A stretch of 64,000 nt of DNA from Gammaproteobacteria bacterium. GTDB taxonomy: Bacteria; Pseudomonadota; Gammaproteobacteria; UBA4575. Below are positions 1 to 10,806 of this stretch, piece after piece (position 1 is the stretch's first letter; every line of letters begins with the position of its first letter). The translations under genes were made by a program, and so were the position numbers. The notes under the pieces were generated by a model. It had not been told where the DNA came from. It made no database searches and saw nothing but the letters and a program-made list of their open reading frames with translations. The stretch covers positions 544,001 through 608,000 of the forward strand of contig CBDEUS010000002.1 of assembly GCA_965243395.1 (NCBI GenBank), given 5' to 3'.

Positions 1-1182
1 GATGAGGTCTAAAAACTGCAAACCACGGTTTGTATATTTTTTCGCAATAGAAATTACTAAACGTAAATTCGCTTCAACCATTTCCTTTTTAGCTCGACGT
101 GCTTTCGCTTCGCCGATGGACATGCGGCGGTTGATGTCTTTTATTTCGCCTACTGTTAAACTAATTTCCTCTTCAATGAATAAAAGTTTTTCCTGTTCTT
201 TTATAATCTCAGATTTAAATTCCGTTAAAGATGTTGCATATTTGGCTTTCGCGTGGGTGTTTACCCAATCTAAATTTGTCTCGTTACCAGAAAAAGTTTC
301 TATAAACTTGCTGCGCGACATTTTCACATCATGTACGCAAATTTGCATAATCGCTCGTTCATGAGTACGAATACGGTTCATCATTTTTCGTACATCATCT
401 GTTAAAATTTCAACGATTTTAGGCACTAGCTTGACCATAGTGAATTCTTCGGCAAGCTTTTCACGCGCTGTAGCTAACTTTTTCTCGTTATTTGCAACAG
501 TAGTACTAGAGATTTTTTTAAATAATTTTTCTAATCCTTTAAAGTAAGCGCGTGCTTCTTCTGGATCTGGGCCTGTGTCAATTTCTTCTTCAGACTCTTC
601 ACCTTCTTCTTGATTTTTTTCTCTTTCTGCTTGTTGTTGTGCTGCAGGAGGTGGAATTGCATCCGTATCTTCATCCGGATCCATAAAGCCTGTAATCAAA
701 TCAGTAAGTCGCAATTCTTCAGTTTCAACTTTGTCATACATGAACAAAAGTTTTTCTATGGTTGCGGGGTAATGGCCGATAGCAAATAAAACCTGTCGTA
801 AACCATCTTCAATACGTTTAGCGATTTTAATTTCGCCTTCTCTTGTTAATAGATTAACAATGCCCATTTCACGCATGTACATACGCACTGGATCTGTGGT
901 TCGACCAAATTCACTATCTACAGTAGCGAGTGCCGCAGCGGCTTCTTCAGCAGCATCATCGTCAGTAACATTATCGTCTGTTAATACTAAGCTATCTGTA
1001 TCTGGGGCCTGTTCATGGACTTTAATGCCCATGTCGTTAATCATGCTAACGATGTCTTCGATTTGTTCCGGGTCAACAATACCGCTAGGAAGATGGTCAT
1101 TTACTTCAGCATAAGTAAGGTAACCTTGTTCTTTTCCTTTAGCGATGAGTTGTTTGATACTGGATTGCTGATCTTCGTCCAT
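1..1182 (-). CDS. rpoD: RNA polymerase sigma factor RpoD (sigma70), 5' part; runs off the window
   Basis: Hand-translated from ATG at 1182: MDEDQQSSIKQLIAKGKEQGYLTYAEVNDHLP, then region 1.2 GRTTDPVRMYMREMG and KEMVEANLRLVISIAKKYTNRGLQFLDL near the window edge; follows dnaG. Confidence 0.97.
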   Translation of the reverse strand, partial: MDEDQQSSIKQLIAKGKEQGYLTYAEVNDHLPSGIVDPEQIEDIVSMINDMGIKVHEQAPDTDSLVLTDDNVTDDDAAEEAAAALATVDSEFGRTTDPVRMYMREMGIVNLLTREGEIKIAKRIEDGLRQVLFAIGHYPATIEKLLFMYDKVETEELRLTDLITGFMDPDEDTDAIPPPAAQQQAEREKNQEEGEESEEEIDTGPDPEEARAYFKGLEKLFKKISSTTVANNEKKLATAREKLAEEFTMVKLVPKIVEILTDDVRKMMNRIRTHERAIMQICVHDVKMSRSKFIETFSGNETNLDWVNTHAKAKYATSLTEFKSEIIKEQEKLLFIEEEISLTVGEIKDINRRMSIGEAKARRAKKEMVEANLRLVISIAKKYTNRGLQFLDLI

Positions 1183-1271
1183 TTGCTATCAAGTCCAAGT
1201 GCGAGAGTTGGTGAGTGAACCGGAAAGTATATCAGAAAATACTGATATAGGTAGTATCACGTCTGTGCTAT

Positions 1272-2975
1272 TTATGATGCCTTTTGGTGTAACAAGTTCT
1301 TAAATTCTTGCCGTTCGTCCTCATTTAATCCATCTGTGCTCTGTTTATCAATGAGTTCCTTGACTCGTGAGCTTTGGGTCTTGCGTTGTATCCATACTAA
1401 AGCATCCTGGAGTGCGGTTTGTGGATCGGTCATTTCTGGAGGATCCCAAGACATCAATTTTTGAATTTGTTGTTCTTCAGGTTGATCCCGAAAGCGCTCA
1501 ATTAATGCAGCGTGACTGAGTTCGGGTTGCTGCTTCCATATATCGATAATTTTGGTCAATAGTGAAACACCTGCGATAGAGCTTTCATCTAAAAAATCAA
1601 TTGCATCTACCTCTAATGCTAAAGAAGGTTGATGCAGTAATGCTGTTATTGCTAAACGAACAGGTGTCCCCTTGTTACTAGATGAACTAACTAGCTTAGT
1701 TTGTTTGGCAGGTATGGGAGAATAATCAATAGGAGCTCCCACTTTTTTCTCTAGTTCTTCAAAAATTAATTTTTTAAATACACCGTTTGGGAATTTTTCT
1801 AATAAGGGTTTCGCTAGTTGCGCCAATCTTGCTTTGCCAGACGGACTGCGAATATCTATATCTTCGGATAACTTTGAGAAGATGAACGTTGCCAAGGAAT
1901 CACCTTCACTAATATATTGTAAAAATATCTCTTTACCACGTGATCGAATTAGGCTGTCAGGATCTTCTCCTTGTGGCAGGAATAAAAATTTTGCTTCTAA
2001 TCCATCTTTGAACAAAGGTATCGTTTGCTGGGCTGCGCGCCAGGCAGCATCACGTCCCGCGCGATCTCCATCAAAACAAAATACAATTTCTTGCGTACAG
2101 CGATATAGATTTTGAATATGTTGTGAAGTTGTTGCGGTTCCCAGGGTAGCTACTACATTTTCAATTCCATGTTGAGCTAAAGCAACAACATCCATATAGC
2201 CTTCTACAACTATAAGTGATCGAGCAGTTTGTTTTGCTTTGCGGGCCTCATAAAGGCCATATAGTGCTTCACTCTTGTGAAATACCGGAGTTTCGGGAGA
2301 ATTTAGATATTTAGGTACCGCATCATCCAGGACTCGTCCGCCAAATCCAATGACACGGCCTCGGCGATCTTTGATCGGAAATATTATTCGGTTACGAAAA
2401 CGATCGTAAATGCTCCCTTTATCATTTTTTTTGATTAAGCCAATTTCAATTAGCTGTTCTTGAGTCGCAGCGTTATCGAATTGCTTAAGAAGATTTTCAA
2501 AGCCATCTTCAGCATAACCTAAATTATATTTGGCAGCTATTTCTCCACTAACACCACGATCTTTTAAATAGCTTATTGCATGTTGGTGATTGCGCAATGA
2601 TTTTTGATAATAAGTGTTAGCTTGTTCAAGAAGAATATATAGTGGTTGAAAATCATTTTTGACAAAGTTGTTATCGTCTTTTGGAATTTCTAAACCATGC
2701 TGTTGAGCAAGCACTTCTACTGCTTCAATAAAATCAAGACGATCATACTCCATTAAAAAACCGAGTGCTGTGCCATGAGCACCACATCCAAAACAATGGT
2801 AGAACTGTTTTTCAGGGCTTACAGTAAATGAGGCAGTCTTTTCGTTATGGAAAGGACAACATGCTGCATATTCCTTACCTTTCTTTTTTAAGCTTACACG
2901 GCTGTCGATTAATTCAACAATATCAGTTCGACTGATTACCTCATCGATGAATGCTTGAGGAATTCTTGAAGACAC
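1272..2975 (-). CDS. dnaG: DNA primase
   Basis: CHC2 zinc finger CPFHNEKT...FYHCFGCG, PKYLNSPET, Toprim VVEGYMDV and FCFDGDRAG. Confidence 0.98.
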   Translation of the reverse strand: MSSRIPQAFIDEVISRTDIVELIDSRVSLKKKGKEYAACCPFHNEKTASFTVSPEKQFYHCFGCGAHGTALGFLMEYDRLDFIEAVEVLAQQHGLEIPKDDNNFVKNDFQPLYILLEQANTYYQKSLRNHQHAISYLKDRGVSGEIAAKYNLGYAEDGFENLLKQFDNAATQEQLIEIGLIKKNDKGSIYDRFRNRIIFPIKDRRGRVIGFGGRVLDDAVPKYLNSPETPVFHKSEALYGLYEARKAKQTARSLIVVEGYMDVVALAQHGIENVVATLGTATTSQHIQNLYRCTQEIVFCFDGDRAGRDAAWRAAQQTIPLFKDGLEAKFLFLPQGEDPDSLIRSRGKEIFLQYISEGDSLATFIFSKLSEDIDIRSPSGKARLAQLAKPLLEKFPNGVFKKLIFEELEKKVGAPIDYSPIPAKQTKLVSSSSNKGTPVRLAITALLHQPSLALEVDAIDFLDESSIAGVSLLTKIIDIWKQQPELSHAALIERFRDQPEEQQIQKLMSWDPPEMTDPQTALQDALVWIQRKTQSSRVKELIDKQSTDGLNEDERQEFKNLLHQKAS

Positions 2976-3070
2976 GAGGTACGATTTCTACTAGGTGTGT
3001 TTAATAAAATTTTTACTGGTAGAAATAATAACCTTTTAAATAAAAACATAAACACTATATTTTATAGTGT

Positions 3071-4588
3071 TTATTCTTTTTCTATAACCTCGTGTAAATG
3101 TTTAATTTGTATTGGGTATGGAGTATTTTTTTTCAATGCATCTGTAAGTTGCTCAACACCTTTTAGCGCATCTTCACGAGATTCATAGATGCCGTGCACA
3201 AGCACATACCAAGATTTATTCGCAGAGGTTTTTTGATAATAAGCGGTATTATCAGTTAATTCATTTTTTTTGATGAATTCTAAAAGATTTTGTTCATTTG
3301 GGGAGGCAACAATTTGAATGGTATACGCCGACGGATCTTGTTTGAGTATCCAGTCAGAAGAGAAGTTGGGAGTTGTTTCTACATCAGCTTTTTTCTCGGA
3401 AATGTCCACGACTTTTTTCGGTTTCTTGGTTTCCGATAGGTCTTTTTGTAATGGGCCTAATACCAGCGGCGCAACATAAGGTTTGGCAATCTGTTTTTCC
3501 TCATCTATAGCTTCATCCGATATCGTTTTAGGCTGTTGAATTTCTTCTTTTTCAGTTTGTTCAGGTGAAGTCTGCTCTTGTTTAGATTCAGCGAGATCAA
3601 GCTCAATAGGTTCATCAGGTTGATTTGTGTTTTTAAATATTGCAGAAAGTAAAACAGCTAAGGCTATAAGACCGGCTAAAATTAAACCAAGCCGCATACC
3701 TGGACTTGATTGAATTTTGTTTCCATCGGCTGCCGGTGATGCTTTCTGGTCACACTGTTTGGATAGTTCTTCGCGCGCTAGTTTATTAATGTGTTTGGGT
3801 AAACCTTTAGATTTTGAATAAATTTCAGTGATTATTGCAGAACTGAAAATATCGTCACTGCTCGCACCTGCCTGTTCGAGACGATAGCGAAGATATTCTT
3901 CACATTGCTTAGCATCAAATGAACGTGTATTAACTTGATAAATTTGAGTAGCAGCCGGGTTTGTTTGTTCTAATTCAGAAAGTTTTGTTTGTATGTTTGG
4001 CTCTGCGGCAAGTACCAACCCCATTACTCGTGAAGATTGTAAGCCAACGTGGTGTTTGAGCTTTAGTAATTCATCCAGCACATTATTTGGTAATCGATGA
4101 GCATCATCGATAATCAAAACTGGATATTTATCGTCTTCAATGTATTCTCTTATATGCTCATTTGTACTTAGTGGTTCTTCGTCATCCGCATCTAAGTGAG
4201 TTATCTCCTCATCGCCCAGCTTGGGTAAGCGCCAACGCTCTTTTATTTTTTGTTCAATGTCTAAAAAAGTAGTTTTTGGTTTAGCGCGTAGGGTACAGAA
4301 GTTAAATTGTTGATAGCCTTTGCGTAACAACATGCGAAGATGAGTGGTTTTACCGATTCCTACTTCACCCAGTAATACAATCGTTGAATTTTGTTTTGAT
4401 AAGTAGTCCATCAGAACATTCATGGACATCTCGAGTTGTTTGTCCATGAAAAGGAATGGGTCACGTGCGTGATCAATAAATGGGTTTTGTTCTAACCCTA
4501 GCTTCTCCAGACATTCAACTGATAAAAAATCTATATCCATATCTTCAATAGCTTTACTGCTATAACGTTGTTCAAATGGATTTGGCAT
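3071..4588 (-). CDS. ExeA-like AAA ATPase-TM-SPOR domain protein (DamX-like)
   Basis: Walker A GEVGIGKT, Walker B LIIDDAH, one TM helix, C-terminal SPOR-like YTIQIVAS...WYVLVHGIY; usual position after aroKB. Confidence 0.8.
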   Translation of the reverse strand: MPNPFEQRYSSKAIEDMDIDFLSVECLEKLGLEQNPFIDHARDPFLFMDKQLEMSMNVLMDYLSKQNSTIVLLGEVGIGKTTHLRMLLRKGYQQFNFCTLRAKPKTTFLDIEQKIKERWRLPKLGDEEITHLDADDEEPLSTNEHIREYIEDDKYPVLIIDDAHRLPNNVLDELLKLKHHVGLQSSRVMGLVLAAEPNIQTKLSELEQTNPAATQIYQVNTRSFDAKQCEEYLRYRLEQAGASSDDIFSSAIITEIYSKSKGLPKHINKLAREELSKQCDQKASPAADGNKIQSSPGMRLGLILAGLIALAVLLSAIFKNTNQPDEPIELDLAESKQEQTSPEQTEKEEIQQPKTISDEAIDEEKQIAKPYVAPLVLGPLQKDLSETKKPKKVVDISEKKADVETTPNFSSDWILKQDPSAYTIQIVASPNEQNLLEFIKKNELTDNTAYYQKTSANKSWYVLVHGIYESREDALKGVEQLTDALKKNTPYPIQIKHLHEVIEKE

Positions 4589-5762
4589 TGAATATACGTT
4601 CGTGTTCTACAATGGCATATCGATCAGTCATACCAGCGATATAGTCGGCAACAGCTCGAGCTTTGCCTTTATTGCCTTTTTTCTCCATACCCGTAATTGC
4701 ATATTGCTGGTGTTCATCGGGCATTAATTTAATGTCCTCATAAAATGCTTCGTACAAATCTAGGATTATTCTTTTTGCTTTTTGACTCATGCGATGAACT
4801 TTGTAGTGCTGATATAAATTTTTATTTAAAAATGATTTAAGTTCACGATTCTTCTTATACATTGATTCACTAAAGTGAATTAAGGGTTTTGCCTCATTTC
4901 GCACATCATCAATGGTTTTCGTTTGTTTTTGAATGATAGTTTTACTGCTTTGCGCAACTAAGTCGCTCACTAGTTCATTTATTATACTGCGAATGCACTC
5001 ATACACCTTACGACGATTATTTAAGTGAGGATATTTCTTATTGACGTCTTCAAATTTACTGTTAAATAGCGCTATATCACGTAGTTGTTCGACTTTTATG
5101 AGTTTTGCACGTAAGCCATCGTCTAAATCGTGATTATTATAAGCGATCTCATCCGCAATATTGGCCAATTGAGCCTCTAGTCCGGGTTGTTTACGTTGTA
5201 AGAAGCGTTGTCCAAGTTCGCCTAAATGCTCGGCATTTTTGCGTGAACAATGTTTGAGAATACCTTCCCTTGTCTCGAACATTAAATTCAAACCGGAAAA
5301 TTCAGGGTATTTGAGCTCTAATTTATCTACAACGCGTAATGATTGTAAATTATGTTCGAAGCCACCATGATCTTGCATACATTCATTAAGTGCATCTTGA
5401 CCAGCATGTCCAAAAGGTGTGTGGCCGAGGTCATGCGCAAGCGCAATCGCTTCAGATAAATCTTCATTGAGTTTTAAAGCGCGAGCAATCGCACGCGCTA
5501 TTTGAGCAACTTCAATAGAATGGGTAAGACGTGTTCGAAATAAATCTCCTTCATGGTTAACAAAAACTTGAGTTTTATATTCGAGTCGGCGAAATGCAGT
5601 ACTATGAATAATGCGTTCACGATCACGCTGGAATTCAGTACGGTAATCTACTAGGGATTCGGGATATTGCCTACCTATACTACGATCACTGTGGGCTGCA
5701 TAAGGAGCTAATTCTTTAGAAGAAGAAATTCTAGAATAATTTGATAGGGTTGCAGTAGTCAT
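4572..5762 (-). CDS. dgt: dGTP triphosphohydrolase-like HD protein
   Basis: FQRDRERIIHSTAFRRLEYKTQV, RTRLTHS, AHDLGHTPFGH, DYIAGMTD. Confidence 0.93.
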   Translation of the reverse strand: MTTATLSNYSRISSSKELAPYAAHSDRSIGRQYPESLVDYRTEFQRDRERIIHSTAFRRLEYKTQVFVNHEGDLFRTRLTHSIEVAQIARAIARALKLNEDLSEAIALAHDLGHTPFGHAGQDALNECMQDHGGFEHNLQSLRVVDKLELKYPEFSGLNLMFETREGILKHCSRKNAEHLGELGQRFLQRKQPGLEAQLANIADEIAYNNHDLDDGLRAKLIKVEQLRDIALFNSKFEDVNKKYPHLNNRRKVYECIRSIINELVSDLVAQSSKTIIQKQTKTIDDVRNEAKPLIHFSESMYKKNRELKSFLNKNLYQHYKVHRMSQKAKRIILDLYEAFYEDIKLMPDEHQQYAITGMEKKGNKGKARAVADYIAGMTDRYAIVEHERIFNAKSI

Positions 5763-5765
5763 ATA

Positions 5766-6851
5766 TCAAGCGTTACAACATTCGTTTAGCGTTTCTTCTA
5801 GCAAAACACCGCTAAACTCTGCTGTCAAAATTGCCTCACCGATTGATTTTAATAATACTAAATATAGTTTACCTCCCCTTACTTTTTTGTCTACGGACAT
5901 ATGTTGCATGAAGTTTTCGGCAATTATATTTTTAGGTGCTTGAATAGGTAGATTTGCTTTGTCTAAAAGGTTTTCAACCCGTGTGTAGTCTTGCTCATCT
6001 AGCCAACCTTGCTTTACTGACAACCGCATTGCCATCAACATTCCATAAGCAACCGCTTCACCATGTAACCACACACCATAGCCCACACTTGTTTCTATAG
6101 CATGTCCAAAGGTATGCCCAAAATTCAGTAATGCCCGTCTACCTGATTTTTCTAATTCATCTTCTGCAACAATCTGCGCTTTATTTTCACAAGAGCGGTG
6201 AACTGCGTAAGCGAGCGCCTCAGGATCTCGATTAATAAGTTTCTCGATGTTTTTTTCGAGCCAACTAAAAAATTCTGGATCTCTGATTAACCCATATTTA
6301 ATTATTTCAGCGATGCCTGCACTCAACTCGCGATCATCTAAGGTCTTTAAAGTGCTTAGGTCAGCGATGACACAACGTGGCTGGTAAAAACTACCTATCA
6401 TGTTTTTACCGAGTGGATGATTAACACCTGTTTTACCACCTACAGATGAGTCTACCTGGGCAAGTAATGTTGTGGGCACTTGAATGAAGTTAATTCCTCT
6501 TTGATATGTTGCTGCTGCAAAGCCGGTAAGATCACCAATGACTCCGCCGCCAAGTGCGACTAAGGTTGTGTTACGGTCGTAATGCTTTTCTATAAGTGAA
6601 TTGTATATCGCCTGCATGGAGTCGATATTTTTGAAATTTTCTCCATCAGGTAAAACATGGTAATCACACTTGAATTTTTTAAAGCTATTAAGAACTTTGT
6701 CTAGGTATAAAGGCGCAACTTTTTCGTTGCTTATAACGAAAACATGCTCACTATGAATATGTTTAACCATAAGCTCCGCTTCAGAAAGCAAATCGGTGCC
6801 TATATATATTGGATAACTTCTTTCTTCCAATTGCACATTAAAAGTTTTCAT
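5766..6851 (-). CDS. aroB: 3-dehydroquinate synthase
   Basis: ALGGGVIGDLTGF, PTTLLAQVDSSVGGKTG, LNFGHTFGHAIE, HGEAV. Confidence 0.98.
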   Translation of the reverse strand: MKTFNVQLEERSYPIYIGTDLLSEAELMVKHIHSEHVFVISNEKVAPLYLDKVLNSFKKFKCDYHVLPDGENFKNIDSMQAIYNSLIEKHYDRNTTLVALGGGVIGDLTGFAAATYQRGINFIQVPTTLLAQVDSSVGGKTGVNHPLGKNMIGSFYQPRCVIADLSTLKTLDDRELSAGIAEIIKYGLIRDPEFFSWLEKNIEKLINRDPEALAYAVHRSCENKAQIVAEDELEKSGRRALLNFGHTFGHAIETSVGYGVWLHGEAVAYGMLMAMRLSVKQGWLDEQDYTRVENLLDKANLPIQAPKNIIAENFMQHMSVDKKVRGGKLYLVLLKSIGEAILTAEFSGVLLEETLNECCNA

Positions 6852-7360
6852 GATTGCATTGTTTTTAAAATTTGTTCAACGGACCAATTTACAGTATGCC
6901 GGTCCGTGTTGATGGTGTGATTGGCTATTTCTTCGTAGAGTGGCACTCTTTGCTTTAGTAGATCACTAATTCTCTCTTTTTTGTTTGTTGTTTTTAGTAA
7001 TGGTCTTGAGTTTTCGTTCTTAGCCCGATTGAGTATGGTCTCGACCGAGGCTTTCAAATAAAACACCACTCCACTAGTAAGTAATAGTTCTCGGTTTTGT
7101 TTTATTAGAACAACTCCGCCACCCGTAGAAAGCACAATATTTTTTAACTGACATAAGTCATGAATGATTTTCTTTTCTCTCTCGCGAAAACCGCTTTCTC
7201 CTTCATATTCAAATATGGTCGCAATATCCACGCCTGTTTTTTTTTCGATTTCTTGGTCGCTGTCATAAAAGTCTATTTTTAGTTTCTTAGCCAATCGCTT
7301 ACCAACCGTGGATTTACCCACACCCATTGGCCCTATCAATATGATGTTTTGGTTACTCAC
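6848..7360 (-). CDS. aroK: Shikimate kinase
   Basis: GPMGVGKST, GESGFRERE, STGGGVV, RPLL. Confidence 0.97.
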   Translation of the reverse strand: MSNQNIILIGPMGVGKSTVGKRLAKKLKIDFYDSDQEIEKKTGVDIATIFEYEGESGFREREKKIIHDLCQLKNIVLSTGGGVVLIKQNRELLLTSGVVFYLKASVETILNRAKNENSRPLLKTTNKKERISDLLKQRVPLYEEIANHTINTDRHTVNWSVEQILKTMQS

Positions 7361-7429
7361 TAAGCCTAAGGTTGATGCGAACTAATGGTCTTTAATAACA
7401 TTTCCAAAAAATAAGTATAGACCAAAATG

Positions 7430-7459
7430 AAAAAACCCTCTCTAAAATAGAGAGGGTTT
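7430..7459 (-). terminator. Intrinsic terminator after pilQ
   Basis: Minus strand AAACCCTCTCT-ATTTT-AGAGAGGGTTT followed by further T residues, just downstream of the pilQ stop. Confidence 0.8.
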
Positions 7460-7483
7460 CAAAAGCATGAGTGTAAAGATTAG

Positions 7484-9622
7484 TTAGCGAACAAGCCGTA
7501 ACTGTTCACTTATAATTTTAGGTGTAATAAATATTAGTAGTTCAGACTTGTCGTCTCTAATCGAGCTGTTTCTAAATAAAACTCCCACAAAAGGTAGATC
7601 AGCGAAGAAAGGCACACGGCTTACGGAATTAACTGTGTCTTGTTGATAGATGCCACCCAATACGATTGTTTGTCCGTTATCGACTAAAACATCAGTCTCG
7701 ACTTCATTTGTGTCAATTGAAGGTATTGTTCCACCAAATCCAGATGGCACTTCCTCACCAATACTATCGTTGTTGATAAGCAGCTTCATAGATATTCTGT
7801 CATCAGGCGTAATTTGAGGAGTCACTTCTAGCGACAATACTGCTTTTTTGAACTCAACATCGGTAGCACCACTGGAGGTTGCAGACTGGAAAGGGATTTC
7901 AGTACCTTGTTCAATTCTTGCAGTGGTTTGATTGGATGCGATTACACGCGGAGTGGAGACCACCTCGGCTCTACTTTCTGCTTGAGCTGCAGATAACTCT
8001 AGGTCCAGTAATAGTCCTAATGGAAGTTTTGCTAAAGCTATGCCAATACTACCTGTTGCAGCGGCAGCAGGTAAATTCACGTTTAATCGATCGTTCAAAT
8101 CGATAGTTGCACCATTTAATGCATCATCCGTTCCTTCAAGATTCCCAGCTATAGCATCAAAGTCGTCATCATCAGTTACATCGGTATCGCGATTCGATAT
8201 TCCGAATCTCACGCCCAATGATTTACTGAAATCATCATTAGCAACCACTATCCGTGATTCAATTAAAACTTGCTTGACCGGTATATCTAGTCTTTCTATC
8301 AAGCGACGAATTTCATTTAGCTTAAGCGCAGTATCTTGTACCAATAAGTTGTTGGTTCGATCATCAACCGTTACATTTCCACGTTCTGATAATAAAGAAT
8401 TTTCAGACGACTTTAATAACGCTGCAAGTTCACCAGCGCGCGCATAATTAACTTGAATGAATTCGGAGCGTAATGGTGCGAGTTCTTGTACCTGTTGTTG
8501 AGCTTCAAGTTCAAGTTTTTCGCGTGCTGCAATTTCTTCGCTCGGTGCAACATAAATTACATTACCATTTTCACGTTTTCCTAAACCCTTAGTTTTAAGA
8601 ATAATGTCTAGAGCCTGATCCCACGGAACATTTTTTAGCCGTAAGGTTAAATTTCCAGAAACTGCATCACTTACGACCATATTTAGATTGGTAAAGTCTG
8701 CAATGAGTTGTAAAACCGAACGCACTTCAATGTCTTGGAAATTTAAAGAAAGTCTTTCGCCTTCAAATACATCTTTTTTGCGTTCTTCGATGATTTCTTC
8801 AGGTATCTCTCTTACTTCTACAACATATTGATTGTCTGATTGATAGGCTAGATGCTCGAATTCTTTATTTGAATCTGGCGAAATAATTAATCTTGTATCT
8901 GTTCCCTCAGAAAAGGTTTCAAACAATTGCACAGGAGTTGCAAAATCTACAACATCCCATCGTTTACTCAAATTATTCGGTAAGGAGGTATTAGCAAAAT
9001 CAACAAGTATACGACCCCCTTGTTCACGAAGATTAATTGGGATATTAGGATTTGAAAGATTAATAATAACCCGTCCCGTACCATCTTCACCGCGACGAAA
9101 ATCTATGTCACTAATACTATTCTTACCGGACGTGCTAGCAGTGTAAGTTTGCACAGGAGTGCTTGTTGAAGATGCAACGGCTTGTGATGATTTATCTGCA
9201 GCAGAGCCAATGGTTAAGATATAAGAATTGCCTGAAACTTTAGTAGTGTAATCCTCCATTCGATTTAAGTTAACCACCACGCGCGTACGGCCTTTGGCTT
9301 CTGCAGTATTAACACTTTGTGCAATACCGATTCCGATTTCTTGAAAGCGATTTGCTAACTCATTGTTGGTGGCCGGGAAATCAAGTGCAATTCTTGCGGG
9401 GTTATCAATTGTAAATGCAAGGGGTTCACTAGGAGTTCCAGAAAATTCAAGTGAAAGCTGAATTTCATCATTAGGGAGACTTGCAATCTTAATGTCTTGT
9501 AACGCATTTTGTGCAAATGAAACTGTTGTCGTCAAAAACAAAAACAGCGTTGCAATACTCTGCAATATAAATAATCGATGTTTTGTATGATGACTAATTA
9601 TGTTATGTAGTATTTCGTTCAT
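7484..9622 (-). CDS. pilQ: Type IV pilus secretin PilQ
   Basis: AMIN-like N-terminus, GERLSLNFQDIEVRSVLQ, NVPWDQALD, secretin LSLEVTPQIT; pilMNOPQ context. Confidence 0.97.
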   Translation of the reverse strand: MNEILHNIISHHTKHRLFILQSIATLFLFLTTTVSFAQNALQDIKIASLPNDEIQLSLEFSGTPSEPLAFTIDNPARIALDFPATNNELANRFQEIGIGIAQSVNTAEAKGRTRVVVNLNRMEDYTTKVSGNSYILTIGSAADKSSQAVASSTSTPVQTYTASTSGKNSISDIDFRRGEDGTGRVIINLSNPNIPINLREQGGRILVDFANTSLPNNLSKRWDVVDFATPVQLFETFSEGTDTRLIISPDSNKEFEHLAYQSDNQYVVEVREIPEEIIEERKKDVFEGERLSLNFQDIEVRSVLQLIADFTNLNMVVSDAVSGNLTLRLKNVPWDQALDIILKTKGLGKRENGNVIYVAPSEEIAAREKLELEAQQQVQELAPLRSEFIQVNYARAGELAALLKSSENSLLSERGNVTVDDRTNNLLVQDTALKLNEIRRLIERLDIPVKQVLIESRIVVANDDFSKSLGVRFGISNRDTDVTDDDDFDAIAGNLEGTDDALNGATIDLNDRLNVNLPAAAATGSIGIALAKLPLGLLLDLELSAAQAESRAEVVSTPRVIASNQTTARIEQGTEIPFQSATSSGATDVEFKKAVLSLEVTPQITPDDRISMKLLINNDSIGEEVPSGFGGTIPSIDTNEVETDVLVDNGQTIVLGGIYQQDTVNSVSRVPFFADLPFVGVLFRNSSIRDDKSELLIFITPKIISEQLRLVR

Positions 9623-9685
9623 GGCATAATGCCCCTTGTGTAAACTTTCCCTATGAATATATATAAAATCTAAGTAACACCAAAT

Positions 9686-10228
9686 TTATTCACTTAATGC
9701 GATAGAACCATCTCTTTTTCTCCAGCCTCCAAAACCATCAGGAATAATTTCCTCTAGTTGAATGCCTGCATCTGAAACCTTCAAAACTTTGCCATTGTTT
9801 TGGCCAAGATAACTACCAATTGAAATTCGCTGAATGGTTTTTTCAGGTGTTTGTATCAATGCCCATAATGTACCGCTTTGCTCTAATGTTCCCACCATAC
9901 GTAAAGTATCTAGCGGGAAATTTTCTAAAAATTCAGGCGTACGATTTGGATCAGGTGAAATTGTAGAATTTGACTTTCTAATATTTTGCACGATCTTAGC
10001 TTGGAAAATGGAAGCATCAAAAGGGTTGCGTGCATTGTTCGCTTGGTATTTGAAGCTTTGATAGGGTTTTACTTCTGGAATAGGATCTATTCCTGGCGGT
10101 TCGCGGGACTTAACTTCTTCAACATAATCTTCTAAGTCACGCATTTCTCTACCGCAGCCAGTTAATAAAATGCTTAACGTTATCAGTACTATCCAAGAAC
10201 CAATCGAAACGTTACCTATGTTACTCAT
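9686..10228 (-). CDS. pilP: Type IV pilus lipoprotein PilP
   Basis: Lipobox LTGC, RNPF, EFLENFPLDTLRMVGTL, GSYLGQNNGKV. Confidence 0.95.
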   Translation of the reverse strand: MSNIGNVSIGSWIVLITLSILLTGCGREMRDLEDYVEEVKSREPPGIDPIPEVKPYQSFKYQANNARNPFDASIFQAKIVQNIRKSNSTISPDPNRTPEFLENFPLDTLRMVGTLEQSGTLWALIQTPEKTIQRISIGSYLGQNNGKVLKVSDAGIQLEEIIPDGFGGWRKRDGSIALSE

Positions 10229-10806
10229 TCTTCATCCTCTTCTAGATAACGATAAGTTTTTGCAGTAGCGGTCATAGTCATATCATCTCCACTTGGTGTA
10301 AGTGAAATGTTATGCAAAGTAACAATGCGGGGCAGTGCTGCAATTTCGCTTGCGAAATTACCAAACTGATGATAATCACCTTTCATACGTAAACTAATGG
10401 GCTTTTCTGCATAAAACTCTTTACGGGATTCTGGGTTAGGTTTGAATAATTCAATTTCTAAACCGCTTGCCAAGCCTGTTTGAGAAATGTCAACGATGAG
10501 AGCAGGAATTTCAGTTTTGCTTGGTAATTGGCGTAACAAAGTACCAAAAGTTCGGCGCATTTCTTCAAGCTGAACTTTATATAGTTCAAGATTAGCTGCT
10601 TTTTCAGCTTTGTTTTCAAATGTAGTCTTTAGTTCGATCTCTTTAGCTTGTACACGCTTTAAATCTTCTAACTGGTTTTTATGATGTAACCAATATCCGG
10701 CAAACAATATTGCAATGCATACTAAACCGATTAGTAACACTTTTACCCATAAAGGAGCGGTACCAATATTGGCAAGATTAACATTTTTTAATTCTGCAAA
10801 ATCCAT
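10225..10806 (-). CDS. pilO: Type IV pilus protein PilO
   Basis: LLRQLPSKTEIP, EFYAEKPI, ALPRIVTL, AKTYRY. Confidence 0.95.
   Translation of the reverse strand: MDFAELKNVNLANIGTAPLWVKVLLIGLVCIAILFAGYWLHHKNQLEDLKRVQAKEIELKTTFENKAEKAANLELYKVQLEEMRRTFGTLLRQLPSKTEIPALIVDISQTGLASGLEIELFKPNPESRKEFYAEKPISLRMKGDYHQFGNFASEIAALPRIVTLHNISLTPSGDDMTMTATAKTYRYLEEDEE

Noticed and set aside
2-1218. Plus-strand track ORFs 2..364, 860..1114 and 1015..1218, and similar short ORFs inside known genes
   Set aside because: They lie antisense to, or out of frame within, well-supported genes such as rpoD and have no recognisable motifs.
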